A stretch of 62,897 bases of DNA, counting the filler, from Globobulimina sp. (lineage: Eukaryota), in assembly GCA_003354225.1 (NCBI GenBank). It is 48 parts of 48 records of this genome, joined end to end, with 100 filler letters (N's around TTAATTAATTAA, not from the genome) between each part and the next. Parts side by side here need not be neighbours in the genome. Positions count along the whole stretch, not along the records: positions 49,885 to 51,096 come from PIVH01020877.1; positions 51,197 to 52,408 come from PIVH01020878.1; positions 52,509 to 53,720 come from PIVH01020879.1; positions 53,821 to 55,031 come from PIVH01020880.1; positions 55,132 to 56,342 come from PIVH01020881.1; positions 56,443 to 57,653 come from PIVH01020882.1; positions 57,754 to 58,964 come from PIVH01020883.1; positions 59,065 to 60,275 come from PIVH01020884.1; 40 more parts are not named here. One strand, written 5' to 3'. The position numbers and the translations under genes are program-made. Every line of letters begins with the position of its first letter. Within the stretch, counting starts at the first letter, position 1. This document shows, piece after piece, positions 50,027-61,686 of this stretch. The notes beneath the pieces were generated by a model, which saw only the letters and a list, made by a program, of their open reading frames with translations, searched no databases and had not been told where the DNA came from.

Positions 50027-50590
50027 TTAACTGTGCCGAGGGGATCGAGTAAATATAATATCTTGATCTGTTGGGTAATAATCGCGTGAACATATTATAT
50101 CAATTTTATTCCAGAAATACATTGACGTTGCTTCTATGTTCATATTGTAATTAGTTCTATGTTCATATATGTGTTGAACAGATTCATTATTGCATAGCAA
50201 CTTAATTGCTTCAGCTATCGTACTGGACATATCACAATGGTCAGTATCAAGGGACTCTATAAGCTCCATAGCAGCATATATGTCTGTTTCAGCAATTTGT
50301 TTTGTTTGAGTTTGCTTTAATATTTTGATAATTGATTGCATTCCAGATATACATTGGATAATAATGTAATGTTTGAATATTGATCTATATTTGTTACAAA
50401 ATCCGTTGCCATACAATGAGCAAAACTGTTTGAACAAAGTTGTCGTCCCGGCACCTTCACATCCCATAAATAACATTTTGTAGCGACATTGATTTGAAGG
50501 GTGTTTATTGAATAATTCTCTAGAAATAATTCTGTTTCTTTTTAATTCTTCATCTATTTGTGGAGTAATACATTGACACAGCATATTCAA
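50027..50590 (-). CDS. Divergent heterotrimeric G-alpha-like protein (P-loop plus helical domain)
   Basis: KMLFMGCEGAGTTTLFKQ..YGNGF, AEAIKLL and YFWNKIDII...DYYPTDQDII.TR. Confidence 0.8.
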   Translation of the reverse strand: MNMLCQCITPQIDEELKRNRIISRELFNKHPSNQCRYKMLFMGCEGAGTTTLFKQFCSLYGNGFCNKYRSIFKHYIIIQCISGMQSIIKILKQTQTKQIAETDIYAAMELIESLDTDHCDMSSTIAEAIKLLCNNESVQHIYEHRTNYNMNIEATSMYFWNKIDIICSRDYYPTDQDIIFTRSPRHS

Positions 50591-50665
50591 AATTGAAAAA
50601 TAGAAAAAAACTTTTTAAGTCCTCGTTGAATGGTCACTACACTGTTAATTAATTAAATTTAGTTA

Positions 50666-51096
50666 ATGGACGAAGAGAAAGGCTATCAAGCCGGTTCAGA
50701 AGCATTAATACAAGACACTCCGCCCAAACATGAAGGTGGTATATGCGCGCCATGGAAATGGTTTTGTGAGTCGCCACTAAAAAGATACCAATTCTTAATA
50801 TTTTTAATATTTGGTGGTTTAACCGTGGTTTGGTTATTAATGTTCATCGGCACCGCCGGCGGCGCCACCTCGTATATATTAGCCGGCGTAGCAGCAATTA
50901 TTATGAGCGGCTATGGAGCCAATCATTTCCGTATCTTATTAGGTTTAAAAGAACAGGTCGACAAAATGAGTAAATTAAATCGCGAGTTTCGCGCTGAAAA
51001 CGCCGCCTTACAGCAAGAGGTAGACAAATTATCCCGAGCCCGGGAACAATTATCTTCGGTCGAAGCTGGCTTAAAAGAATCAAACCGAAAATTAAA
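50666..51096 (+). CDS. Two-TM membrane protein with coiled coil, partial
   Basis: Two hydrophobic helices, then LKEQVDKMSKLNREFRAENAALQQEV. Confidence 0.7.
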
Positions 51097-51196
51097 NNNN
51101 NNNNNNNNNNNNNNNNNNNNNNNNNNNNNNNNNNNNNNNNTTAATTAATTAANNNNNNNNNNNNNNNNNNNNNNNNNNNNNNNNNNNNNNNNNNNN

Positions 51197-52119
51197 CTGC
51201 CAGTTTTATACCATTGCGATCAACGATTAATATCAATAAATGGACAAAATTATTAGTAACATATTTTGATTCGCAATGTGGTGCCAATAGCTTTGAAATG
51301 ATTGCCAATGAATCATTAACAGCAATAAATATGGTAATATTTGTACGAAAGAAAACATTGGGTGCACATATTGGAAATATAGAAAGTGAATCAATACCAA
51401 CAGGAATTGGTGGCATACTGGGAAACAAAGGTGGCATCGCAATATCATTTGTATACAATTACAAATATTCGTTTCTGTTCATAAACTCACATTTTCACGC
51501 ACATCAAAATAACACAATTATACGACATAAGGACTATGAAACAATACATAAAGGAATAAAAGACATAGAAGGATTTGACTTTGTTGTATGGAGCGGAGAT
51601 TTGAATTATCGGATTAATGGTAATCGAGAAATTATGGATGTTTTATTAAAACAAAAAGCATTTGCTATCATGTTACAAAATGATCAATTGAATATAGCTA
51701 AAAATTACAAACAAATATTTGAAGGATTTACTGAAAGCAACATTACATTTCCTCCAACATATAAATATGATATAAATTCTGATAAATACGATACTTCATC
51801 AAAAGCACGCATTCCATCATGGACTGATAGGATACTTTACAAATCAAACACAAATAATTTAGATGCAATGGTTAATCTACAATATGATTCATATGACAAA
51901 TTGAAAAATTCTGATCATCGACCTGTATTTGCATCATTTAAAATAAATGTTCAAAAAATTCCTACTCAGAATATAATCGATATTCGGCAATGCTTAAACC
52001 ATTCAAAATATTCCAAATCGATAGTAAAGACATTTTTATGTTTTTATTTATGTTGTATATGGAAACGGCAATTCCATACAAGAACTTCTCGCATTCTCAT
52101 AGATCATAAAATTGATTGA
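51197..52119 (+). CDS. Inositol polyphosphate 5-phosphatase catalytic domain, 5'-truncated
   Basis: GNKGGIA, NSHFHAH, WSGDLNYRI, FPPTYKYD, RIPSWTDRILY and SDHRPV. Confidence 0.96.
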
Positions 52120-52509
52120 ATTTGTTTATTTAATTATATTTCTATATATAAATTTAATAATAATTATATTCATGAGCATAAACGCAATGCATTTTGGCTC
52201 TCATGTTTGTTTGTTCAAATTAACAAGAATACTAAATAACAAGAATATGTAACCAAGCTGAAAACCTGGTTCAGTTTGAGTACCCTACGAGTAGAGCACC
52301 TACCGAGCTCAGGTATTGTTCTTTATGTATATCTATACCTAATAAAAGAATTAGAAAAAATTCGACGGTGCTGAACTATATAATTTTACAGGAAATTTCT
52401 GGTATAAANNNNNNNNNNNNNNNNNNNNNNNNNNNNNNNNNNNNNNNNNNNNTTAATTAATTAANNNNNNNNNNNNNNNNNNNNNNNNNNNNNNNNNNNN
52501 NNNNNNNNT

Positions 52510-53513
52510 CACGATGGTTTGGCCGTTGAAAAAACCTTTAAATTATTCTAATAACTTTTATAGCAAATTTTTTGCTATATTTTAAAGCTTTCTGGGTAAA
52601 AGAACACCGTAGAATATTTTTAAGACCATCCCGAAGTCTCTAAATTAAACCTTCGCGGAGAAATCGGCAAAAAACTACTTTTTCCTAGGTGTCGCTGTGA
52701 TCGTTTGCGTGAGGTGCTTGCGTCGACGCTGGTTTCGCGCGGAAACCTGCTGATCTTTTTAATTAGCAAACTTAGGCATTCGGAAGCTTTGAATTATTGT
52801 AGAGGACAAAAATTTAAGCAAATCCATTATAATTTTGAAATATTTAGATGGTTTTCTGGACCTCCAGAGGCTATTTTTTACCAAAAAGTGGTGTACTTTT
52901 ATTACACGTATTTCTCAGCCAAACGGTAACCAATTTCTCTGAATTTAGTGTCAAAAGATGCGCAAGAACGGGTTTGTGTTCTTGGTGTTTTTTGTTTTCT
53001 GAATAAACCTTTCCTTTTATCGTCGGTTGCAAAATTGTGCTCCCGATTTTTTCGGTAAAATATAAATCGATATTTCTACATCTTTAAAGTCGAAAACGCA
53101 AAAACAAAAAACACCACCCTCAAGAGGAGCCATTGTTTAGTCTGTTCCATTTTGTTTTAGATCTTCGGAAAGCCGCATGTTCGTAAAATCGTTGCAAAAC
53201 TTTGCTGCCTTTTTTGTTCGTTTTCGCTTCCGAAACTACAGCAGACAACATACGCCAACGGTGATTGGTCCAATTTGTAGTGGGTGTGGTTTCGGCCGAC
53301 TCGACCGCCGCCCCCTTTTTGCATCGGGTATTTTACACTTTTCGAGGTGAATAAATATACCGTACTATTTTGTAAAGTGAATTGTTTTTATATATATTTA
53401 TTCATTGAACATTTCTTAATTTTTTGATGTATAAATGAGACAATTTCGTCCAATCATTCATTAGTTATAAGCGATTGAAGTTGGAAAATTGCGTTTTCAG
53501 CCAAACCATCGTG
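52510..53513. mobile_element. ~1-kb non-autonomous DNA transposon with CACGATGG termini (Transib-like)
   Basis: Perfect 14-bp TIR cacgatggtttggc (52510-52523) / gccaaaccatcgtg (53500-53513). The interior is non-coding. Confidence 0.65.
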
Positions 53514-53920
53514 GTATTGATGGTCCAATGTTATGGATTTTTAGTGGCGGTTTTTCCTTGCATTCGGCTACACACACTGCCGACATCGGTGATTTCGAAG
53601 GGTAGAAGCCATGGTTCTGGTCTGCAAAATTCTATGTTATTTCTGTCGGACTGATCGTTGCAGAAGACATGGCTATAAAAGTAAAGTACATTAAGTATTT
53701 CTATACATTTTTTCTCGTAANNNNNNNNNNNNNNNNNNNNNNNNNNNNNNNNNNNNNNNNNNNNTTAATTAATTAANNNNNNNNNNNNNNNNNNNNNNNN
53801 NNNNNNNNNNNNNNNNNNNNCAAAAAGTAGTTTTAAAAAGTACAACAGGTTCTTTGCATATTTGCCAAAAAAAAAATACGTGAAATAAAATGACATTTAG
53901 CGAATAGGTTCTGATATGTG

Positions 53921-55031
53921 TTAAGTTGTACTTTTGTTGAAATATACACCAACCAATCCTCCAAATACAAAACATATAAACAATACAATGAATAATACCA
54001 ATAATACCAATACAATCCCGATAGATATCAATTCATATTGCAAAGATTTAAAATAATTATCACTATTAAAATAATTGTAAAGATCCATATAATTGTCATT
54101 TATATCATTATGCGCGGATTCATAGCCATCACCAATTGTATTTACCTGTTGTTGTTGCATGCACTCAATAATAAATTCCATAATTGGTTTTATTACAGTT
54201 TGATTTACAGAATATATTGCTGCAGAATAACAACTTTCAATATCGTCATTAAATAAATCCGTTATTGCTAATATATGATCAATGCATTGATTCTCTGTGT
54301 TTGTATTCGGACATTCATCCATAAAAACATTATCATCGCAAACACCCGATTCCGTCAAATTATTGATATAGTTTATAAATGATGAAATATTCGGACATTT
54401 TTCAAAGTTTTCATTCCTTTTTTGTATCCGAGGATCCATACAATTAAAATATGGACATTTATAATTTTTAGAAACAATACACGTCGATTTACAACAATCT
54501 CCGCCATCATAGCATCCTTCATAATTATTAATATCATCACAGAATCCATCACCAATGTTATCATTCCGATTATCATCACATTTATACTCAGCATATTTAG
54601 GTTTGAACCAATCCAATTGATGTGTACAAATAATCCGATCTCGTAATTTAAATATTGGCCAACAAACTAAAATATCTCTTTGTTCAATAACTATGTCCAA
54701 TGCTTGCGTATCACTCATTTTTGTATCATATATTGACGCAGTTACAGTGAACCTAAAAATATACGCTATTTCCGAGCTGTCATATACTCGAAAATTAGTA
54801 TGAATCCATGACAAATAATCATTATAATATAGATATAATTGACATAAATCTGTAGATTGACCAGCTGCCAATTTAAATTTAAATACCTTATTTTTAATTG
54901 TTTGACCAAATTGCTGTCCGCTGTAATCGTGAGCTGTTGCAATAACAGAGCAGTAAATATCTAATTCGTTATCTTCAAATGAATCAATATTAAGCGCTAT
55001 CATACCGAACGTATAATCATTTTTATATAAA
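53921..55031 (-). CDS. Type I membrane protein: transglutaminase-C-like beta barrel, LNR-like Cys repeat and TM; 5'-truncated
   Basis: ATAHDYSGQ..FKLAAGQS..LYYNDYL..FTVTASI, then IGDGFCDDINNYEGCYDGGDCCKSTC, then a long hydrophobic helix near the C-terminus. Confidence 0.65.
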
Positions 55032-55237
55032 NNNNNNNNNNNNNNNNNNNNNNNNNNNNNNNNNNNNNNNNNNNNTTAATTAATTAANNNNNNNNNNNNN
55101 NNNNNNNNNNNNNNNNNNNNNNNNNNNNNNNTGATTATATATTCATAAATGTTAGAAAGCAACATATTTAACTTCACTTTTCTTTTTTTTTTATCTTTTT
55201 TTATTATCAAATTTGATTACACCTATAATATCTTATC

Positions 55238-56342
55238 ATGGATTACAAAACCGAATTTTCACAGACAAAGAATATATATTCGGCTCCAAAGTTGGGAAAT
55301 ATTTCTATATTATCAGGTGATGTTGTTGCTGCTGCTCCGCGATCAGTTATTTCAGTTATTTCAAGCAACCCATCCGTGGGACTGCCGGAGTCAAAGTTTA
55401 AAGTCTCGTCAGATGGCATGAAATATCAACCGAGCACGGATCAATTGGATATTTGGGACCATACAGCTGATCGGGAACGGCATGCTTTTGCTTTTGTGTG
55501 GTTTAGAATGCAAAATAAAACGGATGACTTTGATTCTGATCATGATCATGATTATGATGTTTCTGTGGATGACAATCTTTTGCGTAAAGGATCCATAGTG
55601 GAAGAATTGAAACAATCTCTGTTTAGTATACATATATTTGTCCATATTGTTGTTTGCTAGAAAGTAGAAACATTTGTTATGTTCCAGCATTGTTAGCGAT
55701 GATGAAGAAGAACTTAAACAAATGAGAAGCTTTGAGATGCTCGAAGTTGATAAGGACTTTGATGAAGAGAAGCATCGCGATGCTATATTACCAGCATTGT
55801 CTGTCATGTATAGGCTTCACCAGCAACCATGCGGCGATTCGAGAGCTGGATTGATCAATGTTGAGTTGATGGGATATGATGAATGCTATCAAAACTTAAA
55901 TTTGATTGTGGATACATATCGTTCGGGTTCGTGGAAAGACTCATTCATTGTTCTGACGTTGTTGGTAATTATGCAGAGCTTATTTTTGCCATTTTTTGTA
56001 TTAATTTCGCCAAAGTCAATTATAAGACACTTTAATAAGAGTTTTAAAGTGAAGCCGAGATACCGGCCCGGCGGTGCCTTATCAGATCCATTTGAAGATT
56101 TGGATAGAACCGAACAAATACCATATGATATAACCGCTATTTGGAGATCATACAGATTCGATAAAAAATATACATTGGGCAAGAAATGTAGAAAGAAATT
56201 GATTGCTTTTGTAACATCCACATTTATTTTAGGGATTGTTTATAGTGGACCGATTTTATATAATTATAAACATAGAACTTTTGATAGTGTGAAACATTTA
56301 TCTTTTTTTGATTGTTTTGGACCAGCAATATTCTATGGATTG
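55238..56342 (+). CDS. Hypothetical multi-pass membrane protein (split across two ORFs), partial
   Basis: Two consecutive ORFs, with TM segments in the second. The junction is unresolved. Confidence 0.5.
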
Positions 56343-56567
56343 NNNNNNNNNNNNNNNNNNNNNNNNNNNNNNNNNNNNNNNNNNNNTTAATTAATTAANN
56401 NNNNNNNNNNNNNNNNNNNNNNNNNNNNNNNNNNNNNNNNNNGACGCTGGTTATGGCGTTGATTGAAGATCGATTGTGAAGCATCTCAACAAAAGGGGAA
56501 AAAATTGAAGTTCCGAACATTTCCAAAACTTCACAACTGTGATTCAGCTAAAAAAACGCAATAAATC

Positions 56568-57242
56568 ATGAACTACCATCCTTCACAGTCACAACACTCC
56601 CAACATTCTCAACACCATTACAGTACAAATGCTACCACCCATCCAAACCAACATATCTCACCCTCTCGGAATGTACAAAATCACCAACGGTCCACACATT
56701 CCACAGCACATTCTTCACATCATTCACATCCAAACCTTTCATCTCATTCTCAACAACAACAATCAGTACAACAAAGAATGCATCGAATGCAAGCACAAGC
56801 CCAACATCAACAAAATGTCATGTCATCAAACCATCTCCATCGGGCCCAGCAAATGGTACAACAGCAACAGCAACAACAACAACAACAACAGCAGCAGCAA
56901 CAGCAACAGTTACACCATCCACATCACCATCACCATCATCAACAACAACAACAACAACAACAACACTATCAACAACAAACAGATTCTGAAAAGAAATTTA
57001 TTATGCAATCGACCGCAAGAATAATTGAATTGGCCGGGATCTCATCTAAATCAGATACGGCTGATTTAATTCAGCGTAGTGTACGCCAACATGTATTTTA
57101 CTCCAATATGTTGAATAAATCGAGCAAGCACGAAATGAAAGATATTATGGATTATATTTGCCAATTAACCGAATTAGAGAATCGCGAGTCTGCCTTATCC
57201 GCATTAAGTAAACTACGAGAGAATAATCCCGATTTTCTTGAA
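56568..57242 (+). CDS. CNOT9/Rcd1/Caf40-like protein with long His/Gln-rich N-terminus, first exon
   Basis: YICQLTELENRESALSALSKLRENNPD resembles the CNOT9 first ARM repeat (..RENALLELSKKRE..PD). GTGAG donor at 57243. Confidence 0.7.
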
Positions 57243-57455
57243 GTGAGCTAGTCATCGGTTCACACTTCTAAACACTTTTTTTGGGATTGACTATTAAGTT
57301 TTTTAAAGTTTTTTGCAGGTTTGCGATCGGTGCGCTGCCCCTAAATGTAGCCAGAGGCAAGAAGCACTGGAAGAAAGAACCCATAGAAAAAAATATAGAA
57401 AAAAAAATAGAAAAAAAATATAGAAAAACGTTTCAAGGTATTTAAGAAAGCATTC

Positions 57456-57653
57456 ATATTAATGCGATATTAATGCAATATTTTGCAGTATTAATGCTCG
57501 CTCATCATATTAATGACATATTAATGCAATATTTTCCAAATTCAAAATGCTAATATGCTATATTTGTAGCACTAATATGTTTTTTCTGTTGTATTAATGT
57601 AGTATTAATGATATGTTAATGCTCTGTTATAGCGTTTATATTAATGTCATATT
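57456..57653. repeat. Degenerate ATATTAATG array
   Basis: About 9 copies of (a/g)tattaatg, preceded by aaaaaaatatag repeats. Confidence 0.65.
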
Positions 57654-58436
57654 NNNNNNNNNNNNNNNNNNNNNNNNNNNNNNNNNNNNNNNNNNNNTTA
57701 ATTAATTAANNNNNNNNNNNNNNNNNNNNNNNNNNNNNNNNNNNNNNNNNNNNGCCGCATCCATTTCATCGATCGCAGCTCTTGTCAAAATTAAACGCGT
57801 CGATGCGACATTTAACACAAGTCGAGCAAGTGTCGTAGCAAGAAGAAGAATATGCGCGATAGGAAAGCGGTGAAGCTATTTAAACGTCAAGCCAGTAAGA
57901 AACGACGTACCGTCAAGAATAAGCATATTCATTTCACGGGGTACCATGCCGGAGGTTCGTGCAGCGCGCAACAGCATGATTGGAGAGAGATTGTTTATGA
58001 TTGGCGGGAGAGGAAGGACCCAAAATATGTTTATAGGTTTGATCCGGAGAAAGAAGCTTCGTTGTTACATTATTATAATTGTAGACAAATCAGAATCGAA
58101 CCGGCTGATAATAAATTGCGAAATCCATGGAGTGACCTTGTGAATGATAGTAGGATGATTGATGTGTATTGGTTTAACATTGAAAAAGAATATAAAGCGA
58201 ATAATATAAAGGCATCGTATCCCGACCATATCTCCGATGTTATGAAAACAAGATATTATAAGCAACATTATGGCGAAAATAATAATATGCTTATGTGGCA
58301 TAATGATTTAAATGCGCAAAAATAATATAATGTTGTCTTTCGAATCGAATAGAATTTTTGCAAGTTTTTGGTACTGATAAATGATGACTTTAGTGCCAAA
58401 AAAAAACAATTTTAAAGTTTTAATAGAAATTGAACA

Positions 58437-58964
58437 ATGCCACTAATATCTAGTATTTTAATATTTACAATAATAGCCACAGCATTCTCATCAAGCGATC
58501 AATGTTGCATTGACGTTGTACACGCATTAAGATCCAACGCATGGTCTGGACCTTGTGCCGCTCAAACCATTACTCAAAAATGGAATAGATTCAAAGACTG
58601 GGTTCAAATAAACAATGGTTATATACATCCACATATAACATTTGATTTTGTAGATCCATCGCTTGATTTTTCAAATAGAGGCGTCTTCTCAACATATAAA
58701 CGCGCCATTCCCTCACAATCCATTCTAATGCAAATTCCATTTTCAATCTCATTCACTCAATTCACTGTTTCCAAATACATCCAAAATTCCACCAACATTC
58801 AACTTTTCGGTGCCAAATTACCAGAACAATTCCTTCCTTCACAGTTCCCAGATTATGATATATTTCTGTTACAATTACAGCAACATCACGATAACTTCAA
58901 TGACGATTTTAATTTATTATCACCATCGATGGCTCTTTGGATGGCTTTAGCTCTTTGTTGGTTT
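58437..58964 (+). CDS. Signal-peptide-bearing SET-domain (SETD3/Rubisco-LSMT-like) protein, N-terminus
   Basis: Hydrophobic N-terminus, then RFKDWVQINNGYIHPHI, NRGVFS..IPSQSILMQIPFSISF and LWMALAL. Confidence 0.6.
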
Positions 58965-59064
58965 NNNNNNNNNNNNNNNNNNNNNNNNNNNNNNNNNNNN
59001 NNNNNNNNTTAATTAATTAANNNNNNNNNNNNNNNNNNNNNNNNNNNNNNNNNNNNNNNNNNNN

Positions 59065-60101
59065 AGTGTGCCATACGAAGACACTGCGGCATCGATTACG
59101 GTCGAACATTGCACCCAGGTTTTTTGCGTAATTTGCACAATTTCATCAGTTAAGTCTATATCGTCAATGTCGACGGAAGCGTCTGCGTCATTTGTTCTTT
59201 CCGTGGTTTGTTCGACATTGTAATTACGCGACGATTCCACCATAATCCCGATAATGAACGCCAACACTTTATTCCACGATGTCTTGATTTCTTCGGTAAA
59301 AGCAAAACCTAATGCTTTCTCCAAAGTGTTCAAAATAATCGGCCGCATCGACGCTAATAAACGAGGACCCACATTCATCTCAACATGCTTGACACCCAAT
59401 TTTCGTAAATATGGGATTAACATTTCAATATCAGATAATTGCTTCAATACCGCGGTAATCATTCGTAAAATAATGACACATTGCTTGAATACATCAATGT
59501 TGTGCTCATGGAATTTTTTAATTATTTTTGTCTCTTTTTTGAGAAAGGTAGCAAATATATCTGCCACTGTAACTTCATTGGTCGTCACCGTTTTCCACGT
59601 TTGCTGAACGCATTCAATGTCTTCCTGAGTCATGGAGCGCATCACTCTTTTTTTCATTTTATTTAATTTCTTCTCATCCGGACGGTTATATGCTTGGTCT
59701 GCAATATATTCTAAAATATCGCATACTTTCTTCCAGGTTTCAACGGTTTTTTCGGTGTCGCCACTTGCTTTTTCTTCAATACATTGAATTACGTATTTAT
59801 GGCCAACAGAGAAATGATGTAATTTAATTCCGTATTTTGGATGACGCACAAATATATCAAATATGGTTTCAAACGATTGATAACAAACATAATTAAATCC
59901 GCGCTTCATCATATTCATTAAAAAGGCACTCTGACGATCAACGCCAATAACCATTGAAAATGCAGGAGCGATCTCTGGTATTTCGGCTAAGATTTCTTCC
60001 AATATTTTACGCCGGTTCTCTGCGACTGATAATATATCCAATGTGGATTGGATTACTTCGACTTGTTCATCTGTTAATGGATCAATCTCTAATTTCACCA
60101 T
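59065..60101 (-). CDS. Tandem multi-domain globin (two full domains and the start of a third), 3'-truncated
   Basis: Three A-helix starts (LTDEQVEVIQST, MTQEDIECVQQTW, LTDEIVQITQKTW), proximal His in RHPKYGI and LGVKHVEMNV, and H helix FTEEIKTSW. Confidence 0.88.
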
Positions 60102-61040
60102 TTTGGTATTTAATCTAATAAAAATTAAAAACACATTAAATTTTGAATTGAGTTTTAAGAGATTATGATGCTTTAAGGCATACTTAATTTAGCTTGTTTT
60201 GGTGGTGTTGACTTCTGTAGAATGATTTGGAGTGATTTGGAGTGATTTACTAGAGTGATTTTGGTTGGTTTCTTTNNNNNNNNNNNNNNNNNNNNNNNNN
60301 NNNNNNNNNNNNNNNNNNNTTAATTAATTAANNNNNNNNNNNNNNNNNNNNNNNNNNNNNNNNNNNNNNNNNNNNCAAAGAGTTATAGCCCATGGTCAGC
60401 ATACTTAGTTACAAAGTGAAGCACTCAAATGTTAGTAAAAATAGAAAATTTAAATGTTGATTGAAGAAATGAACTAAAAGCAAAAACCCTAATGTCTAAT
60501 AAATAAAAGCATTGCTGAATGACATACAACATAAGCTTTGTCAAACAACCCATAAACAAACAACAAACAAAAATAACAAAGTCTGACCAAGCTTTGTGTG
60601 AGGAAATAAACGACATTAAATAAAATACCAATCTATAAATTATTATTAAAATAGAAATATTGTGCGTAATGTTCCAGAATAGCTATAGCGTTCTCCTTTT
60701 CGCAGCAATCTCGATTTTCAATAAAGTTGTGATACATTTTCGCATTTTGAGCGGAGTCCAGATATTAAAAAACATTTTGTTTTGGACCCAGAGGTTTTTG
60801 ACAAAGAACTTCAAAGTTTTTTGCGTAGTTATTTTTTAATTTTTATCCTTGCACTGAAAATGTTTTTTTTGTCATGAATTCTCTTTGCTGACTAATTAAA
60901 ATATTTTTTATTTTCCTGAATTTTGCCAAAAAAATGGCGAAGGCGAGAATCGATAATACGAAGAATTTATAACAGTCCACATGCGTTTCTCTCACAACGC
61001 CAGTCTCCAAATCCGGAGTACGTAGTCAACGACTGTTTCT

Positions 61041-61080
61041 AATCCATTCAAACCAATGCTCTGCCAATTGAGCTAGGTGA
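61041..61080 (-). repeat. Partial copy of the tRNA-like repeat (copy 2)
   Basis: The reverse complement agctcaattggcagagcattggtttgaatggatt differs by 1 nt from 45730-45763. Confidence 0.8.
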
Positions 61081-61188
61081 CCATTCAAACCCATTCCACG
61101 TCTTCCATATCAATATCCATTGCGTTTTGGGTTGTTTCAAGAAATGTCGATTCTTGAAAAAAGTAGTCGAGAGTCGAGATTCTGATTC

Positions 61189-61586
61189 TTAGACGAAATT
61201 CTCTCGTAGAAATCATATTTAGGATCGCCAATCTAAGAGTAACGCCTTCAGAAAATGGTTAGTTGGACATTCTCAATTTGGTTTGCAATCCATTCAAACC
61301 AATGCCAATTGGGATAGATGGATATTACTCCCGAATGCTTTTTAATTGTTCACAAAAAATCGCATAAAAAAATCAATTCTGTATTTTTTTGTGCGTCAGT
61401 TGTTGAACTATCTAACAACATTAAAAGCAAAAAAAAAATCTACATCCACACATTAAAAGCAAAAACAAATTGACTTTGGCCAACTAAGTGATTTTCGAGA
61501 CCGTTACATTTCATGTCTCCAATGTCTACACTTGTCTTTTAGATTGGCGATCCTAAATATGAATCTCATTAATGAATTTCGTCTAA
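61189..61586. mobile_element. MITE-like element with ~48-bp imperfect inverted repeats, containing copy 3 of the tRNA-like repeat (61276-61311)
   Basis: ttagacgaaattc..tcatatttaggatcgccaatctaa (61189-61236) is inverted at 61539-61586. Confidence 0.8.
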
Positions 61587-61686
61587 NNNNNNNNNNNNNN
61601 NNNNNNNNNNNNNNNNNNNNNNNNNNNNNNTTAATTAATTAANNNNNNNNNNNNNNNNNNNNNNNNNNNNNNNNNNNNNNNNNNNN

